NCBI GenBank assembly: GCA_040285745.1
Contig: JAUFOR010000003.1
Span: 930,001-994,000 of the forward strand
DNA length: 64,000 nt
Direction: 5' to 3'
Origin: Barthelona sp. PCE
Taxonomy: Eukaryota
The notes beneath the pieces were generated by a model. The model was given only the letters and a program-made list of their open reading frames with translations, made no database searches and was not told the origin of the DNA. The translations under genes and the position numbers were made by a program. Shown here one piece after another: positions 1 through 9,957 of this stretch. Each line of letters opens with the position of its first letter. The stretch's first letter is position 1.

Positions 1-2
1 TC

Positions 3-3000
3 AATTTAGCACTCCCAAGATCACAGGACGGGGCAGATGCAGCTATGTGCATTGGTCTATTGTGCAATTCTCATTGTATCGAAAAGATCGTCTTAGAAAA
101 AGAATCTTTGAGTGAGAAGGAGGTTGCATTTTATGACTGGGACAACATGCCGAGTAGCTTCTTCGCTAAGAACGAATGGTCTGTCGGTAGTATGTTCAGA
201 CAACCAGCACACAATTCCGCTGTCCGCGGCCAGCCTTATCTCACTTCTTTCGACTCAAATGGGGCACGTCAGTTTTCCTTGGATAATTTCACACTGTCCA
301 AGGCACTATCTAGACAAAGCGCCGAAAAATCTCAGTGTAACTACTGTATTGTTTTATATGAGAACGTTCGAGCACCTTTTTCACTTCGTATTCACTTCAC
401 GATGCCATTTACTTCCCCCTACGTTATGTGCTCAGACGATGTAGTCACCGTTGTGCCGCCTGAGGAATGGGCTCCAATCGTCTTTATCAGAACAAGAACT
501 GAGGGTATAAACCCGTTCATGGGTCCGACAATTGCAGAGATAGAGGTTGTTAACAACGACAGCGCCATTGCGGTGTGCTCTGGTGTGCTGCAGGATGATG
601 GCACACATCTTACGCTGGCAGGACCGCATTCACTACATTTTTCGGCAGGCAACTTTGGCTTCTTCGAATACGATGATTTCCGTTTTACATTCCCACACTA
701 TCTACAAGAGAAGTTGGGAGAGCTTCTTGCGGTCACGATAGAGGCGCTCAACGGTTCCCTTGCTACTGCAAAACTCAACACGACCAACTTCAAGTTCATT
801 GAGAAGCAACACATCTGTTTCCTTCCAGATCACTTCATCATGTCCATGAGCTATGGGTTCGCAAACATGATTGTGCTACGCGAATCGCACGTGTGTCGCA
901 TTGATAACGAGGAGAAGCTTTGCCGCTATATTGTTCAAATAGCAAGTAGTCTTGCGAAGCAGCTGGTGTACACAACCAAGGGGTGGAAGCTGGTTAGCAG
1001 CCACATCCGACAGGGATTCATACAGTCGACAGTGTATCAAACTCTTGCCAGTCTCAAGTATGGAAGCTTCAAGGGTATTCGCTTTTTGCATGAGTGGCTA
1101 TTCGATGCTTATGAGCACTGTGCACTCAAGAAAATGGACGAATATCCTCAACTTCTGGATCCTATCAAAATATCACTGAGTCCTCTCGTCAAAAGGTCAT
1201 CTGATGAGATCATCTTTGGAGAAAACCACTTATTCGAGGCTTACCCCCTCATGAAATACCGGGCCCTTATATCATGGCGTGGCGGCGATGTTGGAATCCA
1301 GACGCCAGTAACTAACAGGTTGCTCACGTTTGAAGGCAGGTCCATCTACTACCAAAAGGATACCGCAATTAAATTCTTGCTTAAATATCGACCTTACATA
1401 CCTGTTACAAAGAATTTTAATGCACTTACGAATAACTTTAACTTCGACATTGCAATCATGGACAATGATGGAGTGTTCAAAATAGACAAGATTGGTTACC
1501 AGAGAGAGCATCTTGGTGGAGAGCTCAAGCTCGAGGCTAAGCGCTCAACGGGTCGCCAATCTAAGAATAATGAAGCTATCGGAAGATACACACGCTACGC
1601 ACAACATAACGAGCATGTTGAGCCCCGTGGAAGGAACTTGCAGTATAAGCTCTTTATTAATATGAACCATATGCGCTTTTATATCTTTGATCCCGAGTGC
1701 ACTTTCCCTGGTAAGATTCGCGTGTACAGAACGGCTGTTATGGCACTTGCCCTGTTGCACAAGATCTCCGACAAACACGTTCCGGGTCTGACATTCAGCC
1801 GAATCAGGCTGCTGACCGGCCTGCTGGAGGAAGACTACCGCATCAACAAATACCGCTCAGAATGGCTGGAAGCGATGCGCCTTACGGCAAGCGAAAACGA
1901 CCACTACTACAGCTCATTCCGATACTTGTGCTATGATGAGGCTCAGGTGAGTAAGCTAATCCCTTCAGCAAAGACTGCACGAGACAACAACAGTGTGGAG
2001 CGTGTGGAGGAGAAGGACACACCCACATGGTTCGAATGTATGATGCACACATATTCCAGGCGGGTTCAGCAGCTCCTTTTCAGATACATAACAACGCTCA
2101 CATACCCACAGGATGGCGTCGTCAACCATGGTGCATGGTTCCTGTTAGAAATGCTAGAGATGAAATACTCACCAGACGGTCTGTTCTTGCAGACCCTTGA
2201 GCAAGCAGACCACTTAGGAATGGCCATATACGAGCTCATGCGCTGGATTGCTTCATGTGATATACAGGAGGTTGCCATCGATCGTGTTACTGTCTTTTAC
2301 GACTTGTTCTGTCAGTATCTTTTCCTCAACGCACCTGTGAATATTGTTTACGAGCGTTTCATGTACCACATGCTTCGCGCACTTGGTCACATGAACCTCA
2401 TCTGGCTTTCTGTGGACATGCGTCGTGAAATTATAGACTTTGTGGTAGAGAAGCTAACGATTTCCAAATTCGACTCACCTGCTCTAGTCATACGTGCATG
2501 TTTGGCATGTGCAGCCAGTTGGATCATCCTTGACGTCGAAACTGAACGCGTGGATCTTGGGTTGCTTCTTCCCTTTACTTCGATCTCTTTTAACCTGCCA
2601 ATTCGTTTACTTGCACTCAGACTTGTTGTACATACGTCCATATACTGCGGGTATGACAACTCAGCGTCGATCATTAACTTCGTAGTCAACAACAACGACC
2701 CAGACCGCCTGTATCAGTTGCGGTCGATTACTATGCTCGTTGATATGTTCGAAGACTATGCACAGAGAGAGACGTTCAACGCCCCACCTTCACAGACGTT
2801 CGGACACCTTCCACCGCTAAGACCTAACACCTTTGAGTTCGATGAGTTCGGTGACGTACTCGACGTTGTTCAACCAGAAGCACCAACGCTTAATCTTACA
2901 CATTGGTTGTCTCCGTTCGCCTCTCGTCACTTTGACACGACAGACTGCGCAATGGACGCAAGGGAATGCGTTTTAAGTATCTGGAAATGTATCAGCAGGA

Positions 3001-3134
3001 GCAACCAAAATGTTACTATAGCCTATGCTCTTGGTCGTTTATGGACATGCTTGTTTGGAAACTCCACCCCGAACATGTTCCATGGTTCTGAAAATGTACA
3101 GTACACTGACGGAAATCTGGCCCTATTCCTTTAA
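3..3134 (+). CDS. TAF2: TFIID subunit 2 (TAF2)-like protein, 5'-truncated by the window edge
   Basis: The frame is open from position 3. Segments resemble the inactive M1-aminopeptidase fold of TAF2 (IEVVNNDSAIAVCSGVL, FSAGNFG, QIASSLAKQL, YIFDPECTFPGKI), judged by eye. Confidence 0.55.
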   Translation, partial: NLALPRSQDGADAAMCIGLLCNSHCIEKIVLEKESLSEKEVAFYDWDNMPSSFFAKNEWSVGSMFRQPAHNSAVRGQPYLTSFDSNGARQFSLDNFTLSKALSRQSAEKSQCNYCIVLYENVRAPFSLRIHFTMPFTSPYVMCSDDVVTVVPPEEWAPIVFIRTRTEGINPFMGPTIAEIEVVNNDSAIAVCSGVLQDDGTHLTLAGPHSLHFSAGNFGFFEYDDFRFTFPHYLQEKLGELLAVTIEALNGSLATAKLNTTNFKFIEKQHICFLPDHFIMSMSYGFANMIVLRESHVCRIDNEEKLCRYIVQIASSLAKQLVYTTKGWKLVSSHIRQGFIQSTVYQTLASLKYGSFKGIRFLHEWLFDAYEHCALKKMDEYPQLLDPIKISLSPLVKRSSDEIIFGENHLFEAYPLMKYRALISWRGGDVGIQTPVTNRLLTFEGRSIYYQKDTAIKFLLKYRPYIPVTKNFNALTNNFNFDIAIMDNDGVFKIDKIGYQREHLGGELKLEAKRSTGRQSKNNEAIGRYTRYAQHNEHVEPRGRNLQYKLFINMNHMRFYIFDPECTFPGKIRVYRTAVMALALLHKISDKHVPGLTFSRIRLLTGLLEEDYRINKYRSEWLEAMRLTASENDHYYSSFRYLCYDEAQVSKLIPSAKTARDNNSVERVEEKDTPTWFECMMHTYSRRVQQLLFRYITTLTYPQDGVVNHGAWFLLEMLEMKYSPDGLFLQTLEQADHLGMAIYELMRWIASCDIQEVAIDRVTVFYDLFCQYLFLNAPVNIVYERFMYHMLRALGHMNLIWLSVDMRREIIDFVVEKLTISKFDSPALVIRACLACAASWIILDVETERVDLGLLLPFTSISFNLPIRLLALRLVVHTSIYCGYDNSASIINFVVNNNDPDRLYQLRSITMLVDMFEDYAQRETFNAPPSQTFGHLPPLRPNTFEFDEFGDVLDVVQPEAPTLNLTHWLSPFASRHFDTTDCAMDARECVLSIWKCISRSNQNVTIAYALGRLWTCLFGNSTPNMFHGSENVQYTDGNLALFL

Positions 3135-3908
3135 ACATGATGCTGAACCAGCGTGCTGTTTATCAACGTGTTCCCTGAGCTTTTGCCTAGTGCTTAGTAG
3201 ACTGTGACATATCGGACACTCGAAACGCTTGCTCATATGTACGCGGCGAATGTGAGAGCGTAAGTTCGATGCTGTAGTGAATTTTTTACCACAGTGTTCG
3301 CATGTGAACCGCAAACGCTCAAGATATGGAGTTGTGTGAGTCTTCATATGCTGCTTGAGGTTGTACTTTGTGGATAACTCCTTGGAGCAGACCTCACAGA
3401 TGTAGAAATCAGGCGTTGTTTTAATAAACACTTTTTTGGGTTTCTTCTTGTGCACCTGATCAATGTGCCTTGTCATCATGCTTGGATAGTTAAAACTTGC
3501 ATCGCAGCCCTCAAAAGGACATTTGCAAGGTTTTATCTTGTGGGTTCTCCTTAAATGCGACCTCAACTGCTTCTTTTTGTGGAAACATTCATCACATTCA
3601 GTGCACTTATATGGCTTTTCCTCGTGATGCAGCTCGTGTCTCTTCAGCTGATGCTTAGTGGCGAATGCTTTGTCACATTTTGTGCACTTAAAAGGTTTAT
3701 AACCAGTATGAGTCCGAAAATGCCGGATCAACCCACTACGCCTGGTGAATGAAGAATGACAACCTGGCCAACAACAATGGTATTCGGTGCTAGTTGCTTT
3801 GCAATGCGTTTCTATTGTATCGTTATCCAGTTCCTCAACAGGATATGGACTGTCGGTCTCCCCACGATCGACTATTGCCTGTTCCTGGATACTATTTGAG
3901 GGAAGCAT
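3123..3908 (-). CDS. C2H2 zinc-finger protein with 7 fingers, TFIIIA-like
   Basis: Seven CxxC/CxxxxC...HxxxH fingers, an HTGYKPF linker, and CCWPGC and CPFEGC fingers typical of TFIIIA. Confidence 0.8.
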   Translation of the reverse strand: MLPSNSIQEQAIVDRGETDSPYPVEELDNDTIETHCKATSTEYHCCWPGCHSSFTRRSGLIRHFRTHTGYKPFKCTKCDKAFATKHQLKRHELHHEEKPYKCTECDECFHKKKQLRSHLRRTHKIKPCKCPFEGCDASFNYPSMMTRHIDQVHKKKPKKVFIKTTPDFYICEVCSKELSTKYNLKQHMKTHTTPYLERLRFTCEHCGKKFTTASNLRSHIRRVHMSKRFECPICHSLLSTRQKLREHVDKQHAGSASCLKE

Positions 3909-4272
3909 AATGTGTTCCTTTAATGAAATGGATATTTAGCATAGCGAGTTATCAGTGTAATAAGAATGCTATTATGGCTTTTTCCAGGTAAGATTAAGAG
4001 TTTAAGCCCATCAAAATTTCACCAAAGTCTTTATACAAATAGGAAAATGTTTCTTCTATTCAAATCCTGAACATCAGTTTTTTACTGTATTAAAACTGTA
4101 AAAGACATATAAAATCTGTGAATAGAGCATTGCAAATCATAAATGAACAAGAAAAAAATGGCAGGGTTCTTCAGTATCAAAGTTATCCATTTGTATTCAG
4201 AGAATATAACATAATGATGTGGTTGATACATCTGCAGCAAAATGAATTATCCAAAAAATATAAACAAGAGTT

Positions 4273-5166
4273 TTACAACACAAAAACATCAACCTTACCA
4301 TTCGCTACACCTGCTGTTTTCAAATTGCGCCCTGACACGCCCATTCCGTTAAATTCCATTCGGAAAGACTTACCATCCACCTCGCTGCTGATAAAAGCTT
4401 CGAGTTTTGATAGAGAATCGTGTGTAGATCCCATATACATAGCACCACCTCGAGGATGGATCTTAACACGCACTCTGCATGGTTTTCCAGCGGTTGCAGG
4501 TTGCGAAATAGCTTGTCGAGTTCCCGCGAAGTGATCAACAGGTTCGGTTGACACCTCTTCTTCCTCTTTCTCTTCGTACTCCTCATGCATTCTGTCAATG
4601 ACACCGACTTTAACGTCGCCGCTGGCCTCGGGAAAGAGCCTGCGTAAGAGCGGGCCAAAGTTAACATCCTTGTTTCTAAGCTTCTGCAATACAGCTGATC
4701 CAACCTGTGATCCGGCATCGTGGAACGTCTTATCGTCAACTAGGATACCGTTCTTGTACTGTGTGATGGTGTGCTCGTCGTTGTCAAGCAAAATTTCGCC
4801 AGCACCCTTTCCGTGTCCAGCATAATGCCCTTCTTTGTCCTTCTCATCCGTCTCTGGCCTGTGAATCCTGCGACGATTGTTGGGGCGATCCATGCCCCAT
4901 GTTCCTGTTCCGACCTTCATCTCAGGCTGCTTTGGTTCTTCAGGTGTTGTTTCTCCAACCAATAAAGGTTCCTCTGGTTCTACTACTGGTTTTTGAGGCT
5001 GGTTGGTGTTAACAGCAGACATCATTTCAACGTATCCGATCGTTGCCATGTCAATATCCCAATTGGAACTCTCCAATAAAAATCTGGCGATTTCAGGGTC
5101 AACTTCACAGCCGTTCGACTGCATGACGCTAAGAAACTGTGCGACTTTTTCTTGATTCTGTTGCAT
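4273..5166 (-). CDS. p47/Shp1 (NSFL1C)-like p97 cofactor, UBA-SEP-UBX
   Basis: N-terminal UBA-like segment (ARFLLESSNWDIDMA), SEP (ITQYKNGILVDD), SHP box (FAGTRQAI) and a degenerate UBX. Start placed at MQQNQE. Confidence 0.75.
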   Translation of the reverse strand: MQQNQEKVAQFLSVMQSNGCEVDPEIARFLLESSNWDIDMATIGYVEMMSAVNTNQPQKPVVEPEEPLLVGETTPEEPKQPEMKVGTGTWGMDRPNNRRRIHRPETDEKDKEGHYAGHGKGAGEILLDNDEHTITQYKNGILVDDKTFHDAGSQVGSAVLQKLRNKDVNFGPLLRRLFPEASGDVKVGVIDRMHEEYEEKEEEEVSTEPVDHFAGTRQAISQPATAGKPCRVRVKIHPRGGAMYMGSTHDSLSKLEAFISSEVDGKSFRMEFNGMGVSGRNLKTAGVANGKVDVFVL

Positions 5167-5334
5167 AATGCTTATATACTGAATAGTGTGAGAAATAAGA
5201 TAACAAAAGGTCCAAAGCATGTACCTAGTAAAAAAAGTTCTTCAATGCGCCATAGCATCCACTATTCCATGAATTGAGGTAACAGAAAAATATCACTGCT
5301 TAAAAGACTTGTTTTTTGATCTTCTACTTCAATC

Positions 5335-5823
5335 ATGGATCCAGTCGAATTTGTTGATAACAATGAGGGCGTAAATGGTATCCCTGAACAGAACTGGTCT
5401 GTACAGGAGCCACAAGATGATCCGGATCAACAGTTTTCTTTGCATTTGGGTAATACTAGCATTATGCACGGTTGTGCTGTGGTAAAGTACGTACGAAGAA
5501 AGGGGATGATGTCGCATAGCAGTTTTTGTAAGCTCATGAAGCAGCATCAAATGCATATTTTAAATGTTCCAGTTCGCAAAGATGTTTATATCATGTATCT
5601 TGGCATGCAACAGTTTGCTATCATCAAACACCCGGTGAACTGCGGATTTCTGATCAATCAATTCACTTATACGGTGAGCGATGATGGTGACGGTGGTAAA
5701 ATTTCAGAAATATTTGATGAGTCTTCGTATATGCCTACGAGCGATTACTACTTCACCGCACATCACCTTGGCCCGGTGAAAACAACGGTTTATAAGATTA
5801 TAGACGATGAACATATGCTATAG
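5335..5823 (+). CDS. hypothetical protein (162 aa)
   Basis: ATG-initiated ORF that fills the space between neighbouring genes; no recognised motif. Confidence 0.6.
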   Translation: MDPVEFVDNNEGVNGIPEQNWSVQEPQDDPDQQFSLHLGNTSIMHGCAVVKYVRRKGMMSHSSFCKLMKQHQMHILNVPVRKDVYIMYLGMQQFAIIKHPVNCGFLINQFTYTVSDDGDGGKISEIFDESSYMPTSDYYFTAHHLGPVKTTVYKIIDDEHML

Positions 5824-5832
5824 TCACATATT

Positions 5833-6797
5833 TTACAAAAAGTGATCGGGTGTGCGTCGCAGAACGTGCTTAATACCTCTCCTGGGCGCTGCATCGTACA
5901 CAACAAATGAAGGAGTGATGCTCTCATCAACCTCCATAATTGCACCCTTGTTCTCCACTCTATAACAATAATTAGGTGCAGAGAACACTGTGACAACCTG
6001 CTGATCATGGGTCCACTGGTATCCGTTCATCATAAGCTGGTGAGCTCGAACCAACATGTTCAAACCATTGTTGTGAAGGAACTGAGATGATATGTCTTTT
6101 CCAAAGTTGTATCCCGCACCGCGCGGTGAAATAAACCAGCCTGGCCTTTGGTCGGGATCACTCCATACCAAATCTGACATGGCGCCTTCGTGTGGGATTT
6201 CCTTGGCACGCTCGATTGAGCGGATCTGGTCAAGATAGTCGACACAAGGACTTAGACCACCGTGGATACCGATGATGTTGCCCTCGATGACTGCAGCGAT
6301 TGGGAGGTGATCAAATACAGTGCTGAAATGACGCCAGAAATTACTGTTACCAAACTTACGCAGACATTCGTCATGAAATCCATAAACCTGTGTGATCTGA
6401 CGGCACTCGTGATTGCCACGCAACAGAAAAATACGGTCTGGGTAGCGAACTTTAAGAGCTAAAAGTAGTGTGGCACACTCAACAGAGTAGTAACCTCTAT
6501 CAACATAATCTCCCAAAAACAGATAGTTAGTTTCGGGAAGGGAACCACCTAGGAGGAAAAGTTCGATCAAATCATGAAGCTGACCGTGAATATCACCAAC
6601 AACGGTTACAGGTGCTCGTACTGTTACAATATTTGCTTCTTGGCTGATAATCTCAGTTGAATAAATGTTAGCGTGTTGTGCAAATGCGTTAATGAACATA
6701 CTCTATCGATAATCATTTTTATCTGGCTTTCTTTGATGAGTTTTGCATTAAATAACGACTCAATGATCGCGTCAACATCGTCTATGGGAGAGGACAT
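5833..6797 (-). CDS. PP2A-family Ser/Thr phosphatase catalytic subunit, 2 exons (6797-6702, 6660-5833)
   Basis: GDIHG, GDYVDRG, RGNHE and SAPNYC motifs plus C-terminal TPDHFL. Exon 1 ([12 protein letters not shown]...IKMIIDR) lies in a different frame, upstream of a GTATGT donor. Confidence 0.95.
6661..6701 (-). other. 41-nt spliceosomal intron, GT...AT by protein homology
   Basis: GTATGTTCAT...GCTAACATTTAT. The length is not a multiple of 3, so splicing is needed to join the exons. Confidence 0.75.
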
Positions 6798-6911
6798 TCT
6801 CTAGTACTCCGAAAATTAAAGAGAAGGATAGAAAAGAGAAAACGCATTCAAATGGTCTAATTAGTATATTACATTCAACCTCTGTTAACCTAAAAATGTT
6901 TATTCCCTAAA

Positions 6912-8729
6912 TCAGTCATCATAAATAAAGCAGGCATAAAACTCATCACTTTCATCATCAATACCTTCTCTAATAATCTCAAATCGATAGTTCTCCTCCT
7001 TCAGCAACTCTGACACTCTGAATTCCACCGTGTCAAGTAGCACAGTTTCCAAATCCGGACTGATCTTCAAGATATCCAACATATCACACTCACTTCCAAT
7101 ATGTATATGACAAACACACCCTTTAGAGTGCGGGGCACTAATTACGAGCGTGACACCGTCGACTAGCAGGTCGTCCATCTCAAAAAAATCGTTGAGATCA
7201 GAAAGCTTCAAGTTACAAATGCCTTCTTCCGTGTAATCGTCAATAATAACCTCGCATAAAACTGGATCACGCACACAATGCTCAAACGCAACGATTTCCA
7301 CATCGTTTATAACAGGGGTCTCGCTCACTGTATGCGGTTTAGGTGAATGATCGTACAAACGCAACACAAGCCCTTGCACCTCCAACGACTCCTTGCCTTC
7401 GTTGACGACCTCGAAAACCGTCCTGAGCTTAACGTAGTAAAGAATGTATTGTGCAAACTGCCGTGCAAGAGCAATATTCGCAGTGTCAGCGTGACGACCA
7501 ACCCATATGACCGAGTTCTGCCCGTGGCTGTTGATGATAACACTGACGTTGTTGGTGTTAAAGGGCGTGCTCTTGGGGTTACGAGAGCTGTGAAGTACAG
7601 GTACAGAGGTCTGTGTCACCTTGCTGAAATGAGCCAGTTTGAAAATGATGGGCTCGCTCGTAGATTTTAACGATTCAACCGCGAGAAGCTGGCACATAAA
7701 TCCTGCGTTTGGCGACGCTATGTCTCGGATGGCCTTGACCTCCGCAAGTCCATTTTCGAACGAGTAGTCTTCGCGGAACATGAGGTATGAAATAACAACA
7801 CTGACAGACCTGCTAACGCCCTGTTGACAGTGTACGAGCACCTTTCCGCCCTCTTTCATTGCAGTTTCAATGAAAAGAATTGCATCGAGTGCGACTGGGA
7901 GAATATCTGCGTTAGGAGAGTCGGTCAGATCGTAATCTTTATACACAAACTCTTCAGGAAACACGTTCATGCACATGCCACCCGCGCAGTTAACAATGTG
8001 CGTTATACCCTTCTCCTTCATCATGTCAAGGTCGGATGTCGGTATCTCTCCGCTCAAAAACAAAAAGGGTCTTATTTGGTGGATTACACCCGACGCACGG
8101 GCAAGCTTTAGCCTCTTGTCATCAGTGTACGAAGCATATTCGGGATCACTCCTATCAATGCACTCGAGATCGAGCGAAGGTATACCTCCACGGCCCATAT
8201 CTAGAACTGGAACTTTCCTCTGAGGTGTGCTGATGCTCTGAGGTGGCAATGACATGTGCGTCATTGTGAACTCGTCTTCGCTGATCTCGCTTATGAAATC
8301 ATCGTTGAGAACGTCTGGTGCCCCAAACTGCCCATCGAACCTACCCTCATCCTCATCGCTGTAGTACATGAGGTCGCTGGAGTCCACTGAGCTTACTGTA
8401 TCCAAGGTATCTGTGGTTGTGTTGCTGATTACAGACAAAATGTCTTCCTCCTCCGATACAGGTTCCCTAAACTCCAGCCCCGTTTTGGACACGGAAGAAG
8501 CTGGGTGGAACATCCCTGAGCTTCCATTATCTGTATACGATCTCTTGGGAGTATAAATGGACGAAAGTGCTTGCGAAACAGTTCTTGGACCATCCGGGGT
8601 GCAAACCCTGAAGCTGTCTGCGGTGCCACTGGTTATATTAGCTAATTCCTTGTCAATGAAATTAAAAACTAAAAGAACAGTTACAAGGATTGCAATAAAC
8701 AAAGTGAACAAAACTAACAGGTACAACAT
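6912..8729 (-). CDS. dual-specificity phosphatase with N-terminal TM helix and C-terminal gelsolin-like segments
   Basis: VHCQQGVSRS catalytic loop and SPNAGF motif; IWVGRH and HIHIGSEC...REGIDDESDEFY resemble gelsolin repeats; hydrophobic N-terminus. Confidence 0.85.
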   Translation of the reverse strand: MLYLLVLFTLFIAILVTVLLVFNFIDKELANITSGTADSFRVCTPDGPRTVSQALSSIYTPKRSYTDNGSSGMFHPASSVSKTGLEFREPVSEEEDILSVISNTTTDTLDTVSSVDSSDLMYYSDEDEGRFDGQFGAPDVLNDDFISEISEDEFTMTHMSLPPQSISTPQRKVPVLDMGRGGIPSLDLECIDRSDPEYASYTDDKRLKLARASGVIHQIRPFLFLSGEIPTSDLDMMKEKGITHIVNCAGGMCMNVFPEEFVYKDYDLTDSPNADILPVALDAILFIETAMKEGGKVLVHCQQGVSRSVSVVISYLMFREDYSFENGLAEVKAIRDIASPNAGFMCQLLAVESLKSTSEPIIFKLAHFSKVTQTSVPVLHSSRNPKSTPFNTNNVSVIINSHGQNSVIWVGRHADTANIALARQFAQYILYYVKLRTVFEVVNEGKESLEVQGLVLRLYDHSPKPHTVSETPVINDVEIVAFEHCVRDPVLCEVIIDDYTEEGICNLKLSDLNDFFEMDDLLVDGVTLVISAPHSKGCVCHIHIGSECDMLDILKISPDLETVLLDTVEFRVSELLKEENYRFEIIREGIDDESDEFYACFIYDD

Positions 8730-8943
8730 AGATGTGCTATATTCTGTTTTTGAAAAGAGATAAAAACAAGAAAACAATTCGGTTTTATGTTAGAAATTCA
8801 AGTTTTATGTTAGAAACTTGAATTTTATCTTCCATCCTTTGCTTGTATACCTTGAATCGACAAGATATCCTACCAAATTCATTCTATAAATCCTAATTTA
8901 CATCCACAAATTCCGATTATCCAATGCCCACCAAATATATGAA

Positions 8944-9783
8944 CTACAGCCTTGGAATCAGGCGTGTATGGATCTGGTTGTTCCTTAAATCCTCTTCAAT
9001 AATGTAACCATTGACCATAGTTACCCATAAACCATACTCCCTATCAAACGCTTCTGCTAACCTAAAACTACCCTCGCTGTACTCAAAAACACATGCAGCC
9101 TGTACTTTCATCTTCTGCTTGACAATATATTGGACATCACCGTGCTCACTCAACATGAAACGAGTCAATCTTGGCTCAGAATTCTCTAAACTTGCCAACT
9201 CCTTGTAACCAGTCGTAGGGTCTGCACTGTACAAAACACCTGTCGATGACAGTATGTACTTGCCGTTACCCGATACTTGCCATGGACTGAACGCTGGAAA
9301 AACCTCTTCCAAATCATAGGTTACAATATTTAGATTGACAGATCTCAATGAATCGTTGATAACCAACATCACATGGGGATCTGTGGTTGGTAACACCTTG
9401 CAGCACATGTACAATTCTAACTGTTTCACCTTCTCCATCGTCCCGTTCTTAATGTCAACATCAAAAAACATAACTTGCCCACACATGTTAAAAGTTACAA
9501 TCCTTGCTGAGTCATCCGTCTCTCTAAAGAAATGCATTCCATACACCTCTTCTTCTCCCAGTCTTAGGTCATCATCTGATGATACAATAATATTTCCACT
9601 CAAATCATACAATGCAAACGAGTAATGTGATCCCAAAAAAAGATAATTGCCACTTAACATGCAATATATTGTTTCATGAATGATTTTAAAAGAAGTTATT
9701 AGTTGCTCAGTTGCAACATCAAAAACAAAGATTTTTGAAAAATCAGTGAACAGAACTCTCTTGCTATCAGATGCGATATTCAT
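8944..9783 (-). CDS. hypothetical beta-rich protein
   Basis: 279-aa ORF with beta-strand-like patterning. Confidence 0.65.
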   Translation of the reverse strand: MNIASDSKRVLFTDFSKIFVFDVATEQLITSFKIIHETIYCMLSGNYLFLGSHYSFALYDLSGNIIVSSDDDLRLGEEEVYGMHFFRETDDSARIVTFNMCGQVMFFDVDIKNGTMEKVKQLELYMCCKVLPTTDPHVMLVINDSLRSVNLNIVTYDLEEVFPAFSPWQVSGNGKYILSSTGVLYSADPTTGYKELASLENSEPRLTRFMLSEHGDVQYIVKQKMKVQAACVFEYSEGSFRLAEAFDREYGLWVTMVNGYIIEEDLRNNQIHTRLIPRL

Positions 9784-9957
9784 GCCTCAAAAAATAAACA
9801 AAACAAATGCGATTGAATAAGGTATAAAAGAAATTAACATTTGTAAACGAACCAAAAAGCATTGCAAATACGTGCAAAAGAATACATCTTACGTTAGAAG
9901 TCAGTTTCCAATACGCTTTTGTGGTCAATTCCGTAAAAATTCATGCCTGCAAAAATT

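Noticed and set aside
8783-8851. Two CTAACATAAAA motifs and a GTATAC upstream of the DSP gene as a possible fourth intron
   Set aside because: Splicing 6 nt after either CTAAC gives a stop or the wrong frame. It looks like a small tandem duplication.
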